A stretch of DNA of 64,000 bases from Paragordius varius (lineage: Eukaryota; Animalia; Nematomorpha), in the NCBI GenBank assembly GCA_964247055.1, contig OZ176058.1:62001-126000 (forward strand), written 5' to 3'. The position numbers were made by a program, and so were the translations under genes. Each line of letters opens with the position of its first letter. Position 1 is the stretch's first letter. The notes below the pieces were generated by a model, which did not search any database, was not told the origin of the DNA, and was given only the letters and a program-made list of their open reading frames with translations. Below, in pieces: positions 1-13,498 of this stretch.

Positions 1-784
1 AACAATGGTTATATCATTATAAAAATCAAGATTTATAAAGTATGGTTGTCTTATAGATAAAAATATTGTCTGTATATTTTGATTTTTTTTCCGCATAATT
101 TCATTCGTTAGTATTGCAAAATTAAAAGACAAATGAAATAAATAAAGTTTGAAATCTCAATATAATAATTGTTTTAAGTGTCGTCTCATTCTTTAAGAAT
201 AAATTTTCAAAAAACTTATCTGTAATTTTCAATTTACAAGACGAAATATTATTTTTATGACACTCCCCCCTAACCACTCACATTACAAATAATTTTAAAA
301 CTATTCTATTTAACTCAAATCTTTCAATTACTGAAATTATACGGACAAAACGTAAAAATATAAACACCAATATTTTTTTCTAAAAGGCAACCATACTTTT
401 TAAACCTTAAATTTTCTAATATAAATTTTATAATTACAATTAAATATATAATTAATGTCACCAATATAGATATCAATTCTATAATTTGCAATTAGAAACA
501 ATGAGTTACATTAAAAAATGAAGTTTAAAAAAGTATAGTTTTTTAAAAAAATATTTTTTATATTTTTAAGTTTTGTCCGTATAATTTTAATTTTTACTGT
601 CATATCAATTTTTTAAACCAATCTCTATTCCATATTTGGCAATCTAAAACGATACGCATTATTAAAAAATTAGGAGCCTAAAATATAATTATTTTGAAAA
701 AATCATTAGTTTAATTTAGAAATTTAAAAATTCATATTTTAATTTTAATCTTTTTTTTACTTTTCAGAGTACTAAAATTTGAAA

Positions 785-883
785 ATGTCAGCAATTATAA
801 AGCGAACGCTTATTTCCAAAGACGTGGGTCCTTCCTCAGGCTTAGGTCTTGATGTATGGTCTCCAGAATTCAGTCGTTTACAA
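785..883 (+). CDS. Prm: Paramyosin coding exon 1 (MSAIIKRTLISKDVGPSSGLGLDVWSPEFSRLQ)
   Basis: TTTTCAG acceptor ends at 767, ATG 785, donor GTTAGT 884, phase 0. Non-helical head ending SRLQ, continued by DKIRLL. Confidence 0.88.
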
Positions 884-1470
884 GTTAGTTTTTTTTAGAA
901 TTTTAAAAAATTTTTTAAAAACTTTTAAAAACTTTATATATTTTTTTTTGGTTTATATTTTATTTTTATTTTTACGTTTACAAAGATTACTTGTTACTTG
1001 TAGTAATCGTAAAATGACCTTATTAAATTCATTTAATTTTAGCTGAATTATAATTGCAAATTTATTAAAATAGTTTTTAATTGTTATAAATACAGTGAAA
1101 ATTGAAAAAACGGACAAAACGTAAAAATATACAGACAAATATTTTTGTCTAAAAGACAAACCATATGCATTTTAAATCTTGATTTTTTAAATATAACTAA
1201 TTGATTTAAACTGCAAAATATAATATGGAAATTTAAATTAATATCACAATAATTTATGTAGTTTACGATTGTATATAAAAAGTATGGTTATCTTTTAAAA
1301 AAAAATATTTGTCTTTATATTTTTACGTTTTGTCCGTATAACAATTTTTATTCTACTTGTCAGTTTATTTGAATGCCTAATAAAATATTTTTTATCATTT
1401 GAAAAAAATATAGTTTCATACATTGTAAAAAATTTATTCAACTTTTATCAATTTATCCAATTGCTAACTA

Positions 1471-1763
1471 CAGTAAAAATTAAAATTTTACAGACAAAAT
1501 GTAAAAATATTAAGACAAATTTTTTTTTCAAAAGACAACCGACCATACTTTTATAAACCTTAATTTTTCTAAATATAACTCATTGTTTTAACTTATATAG
1601 AATTGATATTTAATATTGGTGAGACAATTTATTCTGTAACAATTATAACTAACTAGCTAATATGAGCAAAATTAAGGTTTTAAAAAGTATGGGGTTATCT
1701 TTTAGAAAAAAAAGTTGTCTTTTTATTTTTTACGTTTTGTCCGTATAATGTCAATTTTAACTG
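1471..1763. mobile_element. MITE-A copy (type example; ~290 bp, ~100-bp TIRs starting CAGTAAAAA, TA flanks); about 30 copies or fragments in the window
   Basis: TA|CAGTAAAAATT...TACGGACAAAACGTAAAAATATAAAGACAA ... TTGTCCGTATAAT...TTTTACTG|TA. TA flanks and CAGT ends are typical of Tc1/mariner-derived MITEs. Confidence 0.9.
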
Positions 1764-1783
1764 TATATATATTTCATAATTAG

Positions 1784-1840
1784 GATAAGATCCGATTATT
1801 GGAGGAAGATTTAGATGCAGAACGAGAATTGCGCGCCAGA
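1784..1840 (+). CDS. Prm: Paramyosin exon 2 (DKIRLLEEDLDAERELRAR)
   Basis: TAG|GAT ... AGA|GTAAG; 57 nt; signature paramyosin motif. Confidence 0.95.
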
Positions 1841-2000
1841 GTAAGAATTTTTATTTTATTGAAAATTTCTCTTTTTATAAATTATATCTCATCTTACAAG
1901 TTTTTTGATACAAAATAATGTTAAAAGTCAATTATAATCCCTTAAATATACATAATTTTAAATTAATGATATAACTCAGTATTCTGTTTTTAATAATATA

Positions 2001-2297
2001 CCATTTACAGTTCGAATTCACCTGAACAAATCAAAATCACCCTCAAAAAATTCAAATTCACCCTAAAAATAAATTGTGTTTTCAAACTAATATAACTCAT
2101 TAGTAATATGAAATATATCTTTATAGCATAGTTTATTATTTTTTCATTTAACTTAAAACAAATTTTAATTTTAAAAATATATAACAATATTGGTAATTTT
2201 TAATCTTAAAAACATATATTTTATTTCAGGGTGAATGAATTGTAATTGTTTAAGAGTGAATTTGAATTGTTTAAGGGTGAATTTGAATTGTAAATGG
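2001..2297. mobile_element. MITE-B (TA|CCATTTACA...TGTAAATGG|TA, subterminal 21-bp TTCAAATTCACCCTTGAACAA repeats)
   Basis: TIRs and TA duplication. Other copies at ~5535-5837, ~18552-18898, ~19585-19676 (partial), ~31999-32541 (with nested MITE-A), 47195-47574, 62654-63612. Confidence 0.88.
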
Positions 2298-3316
2298 TAC
2301 ATTATGAATAATAATTTTATTCAAAAAGATTAAAATATTTAAAAAAATTTTTTAATATATAAATATAAATGGGCTAGTATTGATTGATAAATTTAGATTG
2401 GGCAAAAAAATAATTGTGAATAGAAATAATTACTGCTCTTTTTTGTATACAGTAAAAATTAATTTTATGCGGAGAAAACGTATACAGTAAAAATATTTTT
2501 TTCTAAACGATATCCATAGTTTTAAAATCTTGATTTGTTTAAAAAAACCCATAGATTTAAACTGCAAAATATAGGAATGTTAATTGGTATCTAATATGTA
2601 TTTTACGATTGTGATTAAACGAGTTTTAAAGGATTTAGGTCTAAAATAGTATGGTTGACTTTTTTTAAAAAATATTTTTATCTCACGGTTTTGTCCGTAT
2701 GAGTTTAATTTTACAGTCCATCCCTTTTTTAAGTCGCCTTTTGTAAAAAAATTTTAAAACATATATTTTTTTTAGTTTCGTAGCCTTCTTAAAAAAGTAA
2801 AGACAAATATAATTTTTAAAAGACAGCCATTTTAACCTTAATAATCTATTAAAAGCTTTTATTTAATAACAATCGTAAGATATGTCATTGATTGTTTTAC
2901 CAATATATATCTTATTTTAACTTTGTAGTTTATATTTAAAATTAAGGTTAAAATAGTATGGGGTTGTCTTTTGAAAAAAAATTGTCTTTATATTTATACG
3001 TTTTTTCCGTATAATCTCAATTTTTACTGTAATTTTTGAATTGAATTTGTATATTTAAAATTAACGTGTAAAATAGTATGGGGTTGTCTTTTGAAAAAAA
3101 AATTTGTCTTTATATTTTTATATTTTGTCCGCATAAGTTTTTTCTGTAATTACTTTATCTGATACGTATGTGTATAATAAATAAGGGTTTTTAATTTATT
3201 AGTTTTAAAAGTTTTTTTGGCAACATATTTTTTATTTTATAAATTTTATTTTTGTTTTTAATTTTATTTTTTTAAATTGAATTTCTTTAAATTTAATTTT
3301 ATTCAAATATTTTTAG

Positions 3317-3403
3317 ATTGATAGAGAACGTAATGATTTGGGTGTCCAACTATTAGCCATTAATGATCGTTTAGAAGATGCTGACAATATTTCTGCCCAG
3401 CAA
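3317..3403 (+). CDS. Prm: Paramyosin exon 3 (IDRERNDLGVQLLAINDRLEDADNISAQQ)
   Basis: TTTTAG|ATT ... CAA|GTAAAT; 87 nt. Confidence 0.95.
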
Positions 3404-4760
3404 GTAAATACTTGCTTTTTGAAAGCTTATTTTTTTATTTTAAAGTTTATTAACCTATAAGTAAATACTAGTACTTTTTTATAAATTAACCATTTTTTGT
3501 AATTGTTAACTATAATGAATGTCTTTACATTTTTAGGTTAAAAATTATAAGACCATAAGTAAATACTAATACTTTTTATAAGTAACCATTTTTTTTTTAA
3601 TTTTTTTAACCTATACAACATTGTTAACTATTGATGTGTTTACATTTTAAAATTTAAAATTATATGAACCACAAGTAAATACTAGTATTTTTTTATAAAA
3701 TAACCATTTTTTTAAATTTATGTTACATTGTTAACTATAATAAATTTCTTTCAATTTTTTTTATTTTAAAGTTTAAAATTATAAAAACCACAAGTAAATA
3801 CTTGTTTTTTAAAACTCATTTTATTTTAAATTCCTGCCTGAGTACAATTAAATTGCACATTTATATTGGTTTTTCCACTTTATTGTTGGTGAATTTGTAA
3901 TAATACAGGAGCGTGTGTTTTAAAACAAATTTGTCCATAATTTAATAAACAAAGTGCAAGTAAATACTTGCTTTTTAAGAACTCATTTTTGAAAACTCAT
4001 TTTTTTAATTCCTGAGTACAGTTAGATTGCACATTTATATTGGCTTAATTCAAACATTATTGTTGGTAAATTTGAAATAATACAGTCGCGTGTGTTTTTA
4101 AACAAATTTTGTCCATAATTTTTAATGAACAAAGTGCAAGTAAATACTTGTTTTTGAGAAGAATATATTTTTTTAATTCCTCCCTGAGTACAGTTAGATT
4201 CCACATTTATATTGGCTTACTCACATTATTTTTGGTAAATATTTGTAATAATACAGGAGCGTATGTTTTAAAACAAATTTTGTCCATAATTTTTAATGAA
4301 CAAAGTGCAAGTAAATACTTATTTTCGAGAACTCGTTTTTTTAATTTCCTGAGTACAGTTAGATTGCACATTTATATTGGTTTTTCCACTTTATTGTTGG
4401 TGAATTTGAATTAATAGAAGAGCGTGTATTTTAAACAAATTTTGTTCATAATTTTTAATGAACAAAGTGCAAGTTATTTTTGAAAACTCGATTTAAATTT
4501 CCTGAGTACAGTTAGATTCCACATTTATATTGGCTTATTCACACATTATTGTTGGTGAATTTATAATAATACAGTAGCGTATGTTTTAAAACAAATTTTA
4601 TCCATAATGAACAAAGTGCAAGTAAATACTTATTTTTGAAAACTCATTTTAAATTACCTGAGTACAGTTAGATTCCACATATATATTGGCTTTTCCCACT
4701 TTGTTGGTGAATTTGTAATAATACAGCGTGTGTTTTAAAACAACTTTTGTCATAATTTTT
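3404..4760 (+). repeat. Tandem repeats (~105-bp, then ~160-175-bp units) carrying the exon-3 donor motif CAAGTAAATACT
   Basis: Motif at about 3460, 3558, 3671, 3790, 3957, 4137, 4308, 4620. Confidence 0.85.
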
Positions 4761-6136
4761 AATGAACAAAGTAATGTGTGAGAGGGGAAAAATTGTTTAA
4801 TTCAACCTTATCGTTCTTTTCCATACACTATTGTGTAGCCGATTGAACATTTATAATGTAAAGTAAGCTATCATAAATGTGCATACTGTAAAATATACTA
4901 CAGTCATGTATTATACTTTGTTTTATCAAAAATTTATTTTTTCTTACGTTAAATGGGTATAAATATTTGGTAAAGAATGCAAAAAATATGTGTTCTATGG
5001 TATAAATTAACAATAAAGTATAAAAATTACTATAGAGCTCTTGTTTTTTCCATTCTTTACCAGATATTAATACCCATTTAACGAAAAAAACAAATTTTTG
5101 ATAATATAAAGGATATACGACTGTAGTAATATTTATAAAGAAAGACTACTTTTTTATTTTGTTTTTTATATATACATAAATACAAATGTGAAATACAAAA
5201 TCAAGTAATGACAACCCTTTCTCTATATTTTATATCAGCGAACAAATATAAAAAATATATAATTTAATGATAGACTTTTATAGTAAAAGTCTATTAAAAT
5301 ATATATTTTTTATATTTGTACGCATTTTAGCTTATTTTTTTAATAAATTTAAATATAATGCATAATTCTCTCAATTTTAATACAAACATGATTGGTAGAA
5401 AATTAAAATACAGTATGATTAAGTATAAATTCATAGAAAATTATTAATTATTGCTAAATAGCATATATACAACAAAGGGCAGTATTATTGACTTACAATA
5501 GTAATAAGTGAAAAAAATAACTATAAGCCAATTATACAATTTACAATTCAAATTCACCCTCGAACAATTCAAATTCACCCTCAAATAAAATATATGCTTT
5601 TTAGGACTATAAAATTACCTATATTTTATATATTTTTAAAAAATAAAAATTTTGTTTTAATTTAAAATAGTACTGAAAATATAATAACCTACAGAAACAT
5701 CTATTTCTATTAATAATGAATATTAGTTCGAAAACACATAATTTATTTTTAGGGTGAATTTGAATTGTTTAAGGGTGAATTTGAATTGTTCGAGGGTGAA
5801 TTTAAATTGTTCGAGGGTGAATTTGAACTGTAAATGGTATATACTGCCCTTTGTTGTATTTATTTACTATTTGGCAATATTTAATAACTTTCTAGCAATG
5901 TATACTTACTCATATTATAAAATTTTATTTTGAGGATGCATTTCGATAGTTGATTATTTTACACTATAGTTGGAAAATGCGTAACACCACAGTAGTTTCT
6001 TGAAAAAAAGGAAAGGAGAAAATTGTTTATTCAACCTTTTGTTGTTTTTTCCCATACACTACTGTGGTGTTGGAAATTGCCCCCAACTATAGTGTAATAT
6101 AAGCAACCATTAAAATAAAATTATTTGAAGTATATA

Positions 6137-6408
6137 CAGTTAAAATTGAAATTGTACAAAGACAAATATTTTTTTCTAAAGGACAACCATACTTTTTAAA
6201 TCTAGATTTATATCAATATATCTCATTATTTTAAATGTCAAAGTGTGATATAAAGTTATATAATACTAACACAATCAATTCTATATTTTAGAATTATAAC
6301 TAAATAGTTTATATTGAAAAATTAAGGTTTTAAAAAGTATGGTTGTCTATGAGATAAAAATATTTGTCTTTATATTACGTTTTTTCCTTATATTTTCAAT
6401 TTTTACTG
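6137..6408. mobile_element. MITE-A copy
   Basis: TA|CAGTTAAA ... TTTTACTG|TA. Confidence 0.85.
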
Positions 6409-6884
6409 TATATTTTGCCAGCATATAGTAAAAATATAAAGACAAAAAATATAGACAATTTTCAATAAACATAACCATTTAAAAACCTAAATTTTTAATC
6501 TAACCTATATTTTCTCAAAATGGAAAATAAAGTTCTAAATTAGTTTCACACTAAATTATTAATGTTACCATTTTAATAATTATTACGAATCAAGGATATG
6601 TCTTATTTAGAAATATTAAAAAACATCATTTCACTTTTTACACTAAAACCTAAAATTATACGGACAAAACGTAAAATTATAAAGACAAATATTTTACTAA
6701 TTGTTTTTAAACTGCAATTAAGATGTTTGATATAATCAATTATATGAGAAAAAATTTTATGGTTGGTTATCTTTTAAAATATTCTTTATATTTTTACATT
6801 TTGTCCGTATATTTCAGTCTTTACTCTATGTTTAGTCTAGTGAAACAATCTTAATTTTTTATGTAACAATTTTTTATATTATAG

Positions 6885-7051
6885 GCCGATGTTAATCGAA
6901 AACGTGATCAAGAAATTGCCAAATTGAGAAAACTTTTAGATGATTTACATTTAGAACAAGAGGATTATGCCAACTCTGTTAGGCAAAAACATTCCTCTCA
7001 GATATCGGAACTCAATGAAATCATTGAACAACTCCAGAAAGCTAAAAATAA
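6885..7051 (+). CDS. Prm: Paramyosin exon 4 (ADVNRKRDQEIAKLRKLLDD...EQLQKAKN)
   Basis: ATAG|GCC ... AA|GTAAG; 167 nt; phase 0 to 2. Confidence 0.95.
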
Positions 7052-7926
7052 GTAAGAAGAGAATGTTAAATATTTTATATCGATCAAAATTGTATAAAAT
7101 ATGAAAGGTGCTTGTCCTTTTTCATTTGTACAGAAAGAATGTAAATTGTACGGACAAAACATAATTAAAAATATTTTTTTCTAAAAGACAACCAAATTTT
7201 TGAATCTTAATATTTATAATGATAACTCCTTTCAAACTGTAAAGTAAAAAATAAAGATGTAAATTGATAACACAAGAAATTCATTGTATTTGACTGCAAT
7301 TAAATTATTTTAATAGGATAGAAAAAGTAGCATGGTGTTGTATAGAAAAAAAATTTGTCCTTATATTTTTAGGTTCCGTATAATTTCTTTTACTGTTTTT
7401 GGTCGATCTTTCAAAAGGGCGACATAGAAAATTTTGAAACTTTGGTATTTTTCAACATAAATGGCTCGCTGCATTTTTGACTCAAAAATATTCAAAAAGA
7501 ATTTGTTCCAAGAATCAATTTTAAGGTTTTATGCGCATTTATTTACAAATTATGGATATTTTTCGCGGGCCGCACCAAATCTATTTAAAATAACGTCTTA
7601 ACCAGAATATTTTTTAAAATGAAACATACAGTAATTAAAATTGTACGGACATAACGTAAAAATATAAAATTTTTATCAAAGACAATGATACTTTTCCAAA
7701 CCTTTTTTTAACCTATAAAAATAATTTAATTACAATCGTATAATACCTAAATTGCTTGTGTTATCAATTCACATTTTCATTCTAGTTTGAAACAAGGAGT
7801 TATCATTATAAAAATTAAAATTCAAATTGTCTTTTAGAAAAAATATTATATTTTTATATTTTTACATTTTGTCCGTATATGTATTTTAATTTTAAAATTT
7901 AAAATTGGTAAAATTGTATATAATAG

Positions 7927-8005
7927 AATGGATAAAGATCGCCAGAAACTTCATATGGAATTGATTGATGCCACTTCACAATTGGATGCTGCCACAAAAG
8001 ATAAA
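7927..8005 (+). CDS. Prm: Paramyosin exon 5 (MDKDRQKLHMELIDATSQLDAATKDK)
   Basis: ATAG|A ... AAA|GTATT; 79 nt; phase 2 to 0. Confidence 0.92.
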
Positions 8006-8495
8006 GTATTTTAATGAAAATTTTGATTTTTTTAGAAGAATAATTTATAAGAAATAAATATATTTTTAAAAAAATTTAAACATATCTAAAATTATAATAA
8101 ATGCGAATATGCTTTACACTATGGTCACATAGTTAATTTTAATGACATAGATTGCCTCCCGATAAACCATCTAAAGGATATAAATATTAGGAAATTATAA
8201 ATAATATATATAATTTTAATCGTGGACGATGGGTACATTTTAAACCCCAATTTAAAAAGCGTGTTTTAAATTTACATGTGAAAGCACATATATAAACACA
8301 TTTTAATTCAATTATATGAGTATTAATTATTTATTGACAACTTTTTGAGTTCTAGAACATGTATATCTTGTCTTATATTTGTTTTTGAAAAATTATTTAA
8401 AATGGATATGATATTTTAAAATTAGACTTGAAAAACTTGAGATAATCTTTTGTTTCAATTAAAAGTATCGAAAAAAATGAAACCCTATAAAACAC

Positions 8496-8530
<35 letters not shown>

Positions 8531-8611
8531 CAGTTATACACTAAACCTATAGGTTTTAACTATAAAATTAATTTTTTTACCCTCCTTAACTTATATTTGT
8601 AAAAATCATAG

Positions 8612-8857
8612 CTTGCCGCAGATCGTACCATCGATAAACTGCAAAGTCAAGTAAATGAGTTTAACCTTAAAATACAAGAACAAATCAAGCTTTTGAATGA
8701 GGCAAATGCTGTGAGAGATCGCTTAGCTAAAGAAAACAATGACTTATTACAAGAAGTTAGAGATGCCAATGCAGCCAAAGAACAAATTTTATTGTTGAAA
8801 AATGATTTGCAAAGAGCTTTAGATGATACTCGCCGTGGTCTTGATGAGGAACTTAGG
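8612..8857 (+). CDS. Prm: Paramyosin exon 6 (LAADRTIDKLQ...RRGLDEELR)
   Basis: CATAG|CTT ... AGG|GTAAG; 246 nt; overlaps ORF 8693..8929. Confidence 0.93.
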
Positions 8858-9370
8858 GTAAGAATTTTTAATAGTTTTTTTAAATTGGAAATAATTTTTA
8901 AGCGTTTTATAGTGAAAAATTTTTTTTAGTTTTATTATGGTAGAATTTTTTTTAAGCATTTTACTTAGGGTAAGGATATTAAGTTTTTTTCTAAATTTTT
9001 AAGTAAATTTTTAAGCCTTTTATAGTGTAAATTTTTTTTAAGTTTTTAATGGATGTATTTTTAAGCATTTTACTTAAGGTAAGGCTTTTTAATCTTTTTT
9101 AAATTTTTGAGTGAATTTTGACCTTTTTATAGTGTAATAAATCTTTAGTTTTTTAAAGGGTAAGGATTTTTAATAGTTTTTTTGTTTAGTAGGATTTTTT
9201 TGAGCGTTTTATAATGTAAAAAATCTTTAGATTTATTATGGATGTATTTTTAAGCATTTTACTTAGGGTATGGTTTTTTAATAGTTTTTTTGTAGAGTAG
9301 AAATTTTTGAGTGAATTTTAAAGCGTTTTACAGTGTAAAAATCTTTAGTTTTTTATGGATATTTTTTTAT
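8858..9370 (+). repeat. ~100-110-bp repeats echoing the exon-6 donor (CTTAGG|GTAAG)
   Basis: Copies near 8963, 9072, 9155, 9261. Confidence 0.8.
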
Positions 9371-10080
9371 CGTTTTTTGTGCTAAAATTTTACCCGATGG
9401 CAAATTGAAAGAGTTTAAACAATTATATCAAACTAACGGCCTTCAACGATTGCGTTAGTGCAATCTGAAAAAATGTTAAAAAAAACAAGCATAGATTTTT
9501 AAATTTAAGGATAAATAACTAAAAACAGAATATACGGACAATATGTAAAAATATGTAGACATATTTTTTTATAAAAGATACCATACTTTTTTAAACCTTG
9601 ATTTGCTCTATAAAATATTTAATTACAATCGTAAACTACATTATTGATTGTGCTACGAATTTAAATTTCTATTTAAATATTTTTAAATTTTTAAAATATG
9701 GTTAAATCAAGATTCAAAAAGTATGGTTGTCTTTTAGAAAAAAATATTTGTCTTTAAAATTTTACATTTTGTCCGTATAACATCAATTTTTACTGTATAA
9801 ATTAGGTTTGACCGTTTATAAACGCATTCATGACCATAACATTAAAAAACAGCCATTTTTTTTATAAAAGTTAATATATGATATAAAATGTTTATTATCA
9901 AAAATTATTCTATATTTAAAATTGGGTAATATTTTTTGAAGATCCCCATTAATTATTAAATTACCACAATAAAATAAGCTATTTCAATATAATGAACCGT
10001 TGAATACGTTTTTATTTTACCAAGCAGCAATTTAATGATTTTTTAACTTTTTAATTTATATTTTTTTATTCCCACGTAAG

Positions 10081-10410
10081 ATTAAACAACAATTGCAAGT
10101 CAACTTGCGTAATTTGGAGGCTGAAGTTGATCATTTACGCGTTCAAATCGAGGAAGAGACTGAACTTAAACTTGAAATTGAAAGGCAACTCGTTAAGGCA
10201 AACAATGACGCGGCCGCCTTCAAAAGCAAGTACGATCAAGAGGTAATACTTCATCACGAGGAAGTAGAAGAGTATAGGCGAAAATTGGCTCAAAAGGTGG
10301 CTGAATTCGAAGAACAGTTATCTCAACTCCATGCTCGCTGTACTAACCTGGAAAAAGCTAAGACTCGACTCCAAAGCGAACTCGATGTCACGCTCATCGA
10401 TTTGGATAAA
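10081..10410 (+). CDS. Prm: Paramyosin exon 7 (IKQQLQVNLRNLEAE...TLIDLDK)
   Basis: AAG|ATT ... AAA|GTAAG; 330 nt; overlaps ORF 10093..10458. Confidence 0.93.
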
Positions 10411-11014
10411 GTAAGAACTTATTTATTGAATAATATAGTATATAGTAGACAGAAATAGGTGATCTCCACCATGTATGTGGGGGGAGTTTAAACTTTGACA
10501 CTGAGCAAATATTCTATCATCACTGTCTACCTTGGACAGGCGGGTGTCAAAGATTTTTAAAGTCCTGCGATAATTTAAGATCCACACTTTAGTATAAAAG
10601 CGACATTAAACTGTTTATTTTCAACCATATTAAAAATCTTAATATAGAGACAGTTTTTTCGCCATAAAATGTGATTGATTAAATATTTTAAACAATTTTA
10701 GTTAGTAACGAGTTATTAGTCATGGTTAATATAGCCAGCATCTCTGATAAATAATCAATTTTAATTATTTTTGGCTTTTTTTCAATGCATGTTTTTCAAA
10801 TCTTGGTATTGATCAAAGTATGCTCTGTATTTAAAATTTTAAAGTTACCTTATAAGAAACCATATTAATATCTTGAGTTCAGAAATTTAACAGAAATTAT
10901 TATGTGTGTTGGATTTGTAAATGATTCGACTTAAATTGTTATTTTCAATTTGGAATACGTTCGCTTTGAATTAAATAATGAGTAAATCTATATATTAATT
11001 AATCTCTTGTATAG

Positions 11015-11231
11015 GCAAATCAAACGATAGCCATGCTGGAAAGCAAAATCCAAAGTTTAGAAAAAGCTTTGGCCGAATACAAAATCAAGAACGAAGCTTT
11101 AATTCGCGAACTCGATGAAGCCCAAAAGCTGCTTCGAAGCGCCCAAGCTGAGTTAGCTAAGGCTCGCGCAGAAAATGAAAAATTAAATGAACGCAATAAT
11201 GCCCTTGTTAGAGAAAACAAAAAATTGAATG
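11015..11231 (+). CDS. Prm: Paramyosin exon 8 (ANQTIAMLESK...LVRENKKLN)
   Basis: ATAG|GCA ... G|GTATG; 217 nt; phase 0 to 1. Confidence 0.94.
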
Positions 11232-12870
11232 GTATGGAAAAATCACGTCTTTTTAAGTTAATTTTATAAAGAAATTTGGAGGTTCGCTTTAATTATTTGA
11301 TAAAAGTTAATTGTAAAATCCTGGTTATGAAAACACAAAAAATTGAATAGTATGCATTTTGTAGAATTCTCTCTTTAGTAACGCTTTATATGGCGAAAAA
11401 AAATTGATAAAAGTTTTAAGTTTGCGCAGAGAATGAAAAATTTGAGGAACGTACCAATGCCCTTGTTAGGAAGAACAAAAAATTGAATGGTATATACCTT
11501 TTTGAGAATTATATCTTGTCTTTTTTATATTAAGATTTAAGAAATTTAGAGTGTCGCTATAACTATTTGATAAAAGTTTTTAACTGCTTAATGCTGAGAA
11601 TAAAAATGGTCCGGGTTGGCAAAATTAAAAACTAATATAGTATATTATCTAAATTTATCATTTAGATTTAGGTTTTTTAAGTTGCCCAGCTTAGAAATTT
11701 AAAAATTAAATGAACGCAACAATGCCATTGTTAGGGAAAACTAAAAATTGAATGGTATATAATCTGTAAAAATCACGTTTTTATAAGTTTAGATTAAAGA
11801 AATTTAGAGTGTCGCTATAACTATTTGATAGTTTTTAACTGCTTAATGCTGAGATAGTAAAATTAATGATTTATTATCTAAATTTATGATTTAGATTTCG
11901 GTTTTTTAAGTTGCCCAGCTTAAAAATTTTAAAAATTCGATAAAGGCAACAATGCCCTTGTTAGGGAAAACAAAAAATTGAATGGTACATACTTTGAAAA
12001 AAATCATGTCTTTTTTAAGTTAAGATTTATGAAATTTAGAGTGTCTCTATAACCATTTGATATAACTGCCTAAGGCTGAGATTAAAAATGGTCCGGGTTG
12101 GCAAAAACTAAAAACTAATTGTTTATTATCTAAATTTATCATTTAGATTAGGTTTTTAAGTTGCCCAGCTTAGAAATTTTAAAAATTCGATAAAGGCAAC
12201 AATGCCCTTGTTAGGGAAAACAAAAAATTGAATGGTATATAATCTGTAAAAATCACGTTTTTTTTAAGTTTAGATTAAAGAAATTTAGAATGTCGCTATA
12301 ACTATTTGATAAAAGTTTTTAATTAATGCTGAGAAAATATAATCATCTGGGTTGGCAAAAACTAAGAACTAATGGTTTATTATCCAAATTCATCATTTAG
12401 ATTTCGGTTTTTTAAGTTTGCGCAGAAAATAAAAAATTAAATGAACGCAACAATGCCCTTGTTAGGGAGAACAAAAAATTGAATGGTACATACTTTGAAA
12501 ATGTCATGTCTTTATAAATTATGATTTAAGAAATTTAGAGTGTCGCTATAACTATTTAAAGTTAATTGTATGATCCTGGTTATGGAAACACAAAAAAATG
12601 AATGGTATATATAACTGTGCATGTTTTTTTAAGTTAAGATTAAAGAAATTTAGAGTGTCGGTATAACTATTTGTTAAAAGTTAATTGTAAAATCCTGGTT
12701 ATGGAAACACAAAAAAATGAATAGTATGGATTTTATAGAATTCTGTTTTTTAGTAACGCTTTTATGGCGAAAAATTGATAAAAGTTTTAAGTTTGCGCAG
12801 AAATTTAAAAATTGAATGAACGCAATAATGCTCTTGTTAGGGAAAACAAAAAATTGAATGGTATAAATTT
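11232..12870 (+). repeat. ~250-bp repeats echoing the exon-8 3' end and donor
   Basis: AATGCCCTTGTTAG...AAAATTGAATG|GTA near 11457, 11721, 11951, 12201, 12452, 12828. Confidence 0.92.
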
Positions 12871-13208
12871 TTTTGAAATTATATCTGTTTTATGGGTATT
12901 AAGTAATGATTTTTTCCTGATTTAAAGTCTGGAAATGGAAGTTAAAAAGTTTGATACAAGTTAAAGTGCTAGAAAATTAAACATTAAATAAACACATTAA
13001 GCAGTTAAATAAATATTGAATGAAAAATTTGTGAACTATTTTAAGGTTTTTGAGAAATGTTTTTTGTATGTTTTAAAGCGTAAATTCAATTTGTATATTG
13101 TTAATAATGGTTTTGTATTAATGGGGTTTTAGATGTTTTTAAAGTATGGTCTATTAAAGTTTTAAGTTCATTAGAAATAATGGGCTCGTAACAAAACATT
13201 GAATGTTA

Positions 13209-13498
13209 CAGTAAAAATTAAAATTATACGGACAAAACTCAAAAATGTAAAGACAAATATTTTTATCTAAAAAAAAACCATACTTTTTTAAACCCTGATT
13301 CATCCTATAACATTTAATTTAAATTGCAAAATACAATTGATTGTTTTACCAATTAACATCTCTATTTTTTTCTTTGGGGTTTAAAACAATGATTTATATT
13401 AAAAAATAGTTAAGGTTTAAAAAGCATGGTGGTCTTTTATAAAAGAATATTTGTCTTTATGTTTTTAGATTTTGTCCGTATAATTTAAATTTTTACTG
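13209..13498. mobile_element. MITE-A copy
   Basis: Both TIRs and TA flanks present. Confidence 0.88.

Noticed and set aside
10480-10565. Hairpin after exon 7 as a pre-miRNA
   Set aside because: Only ~12 bp of outer pairing with a branched interior; not a convincing precursor.
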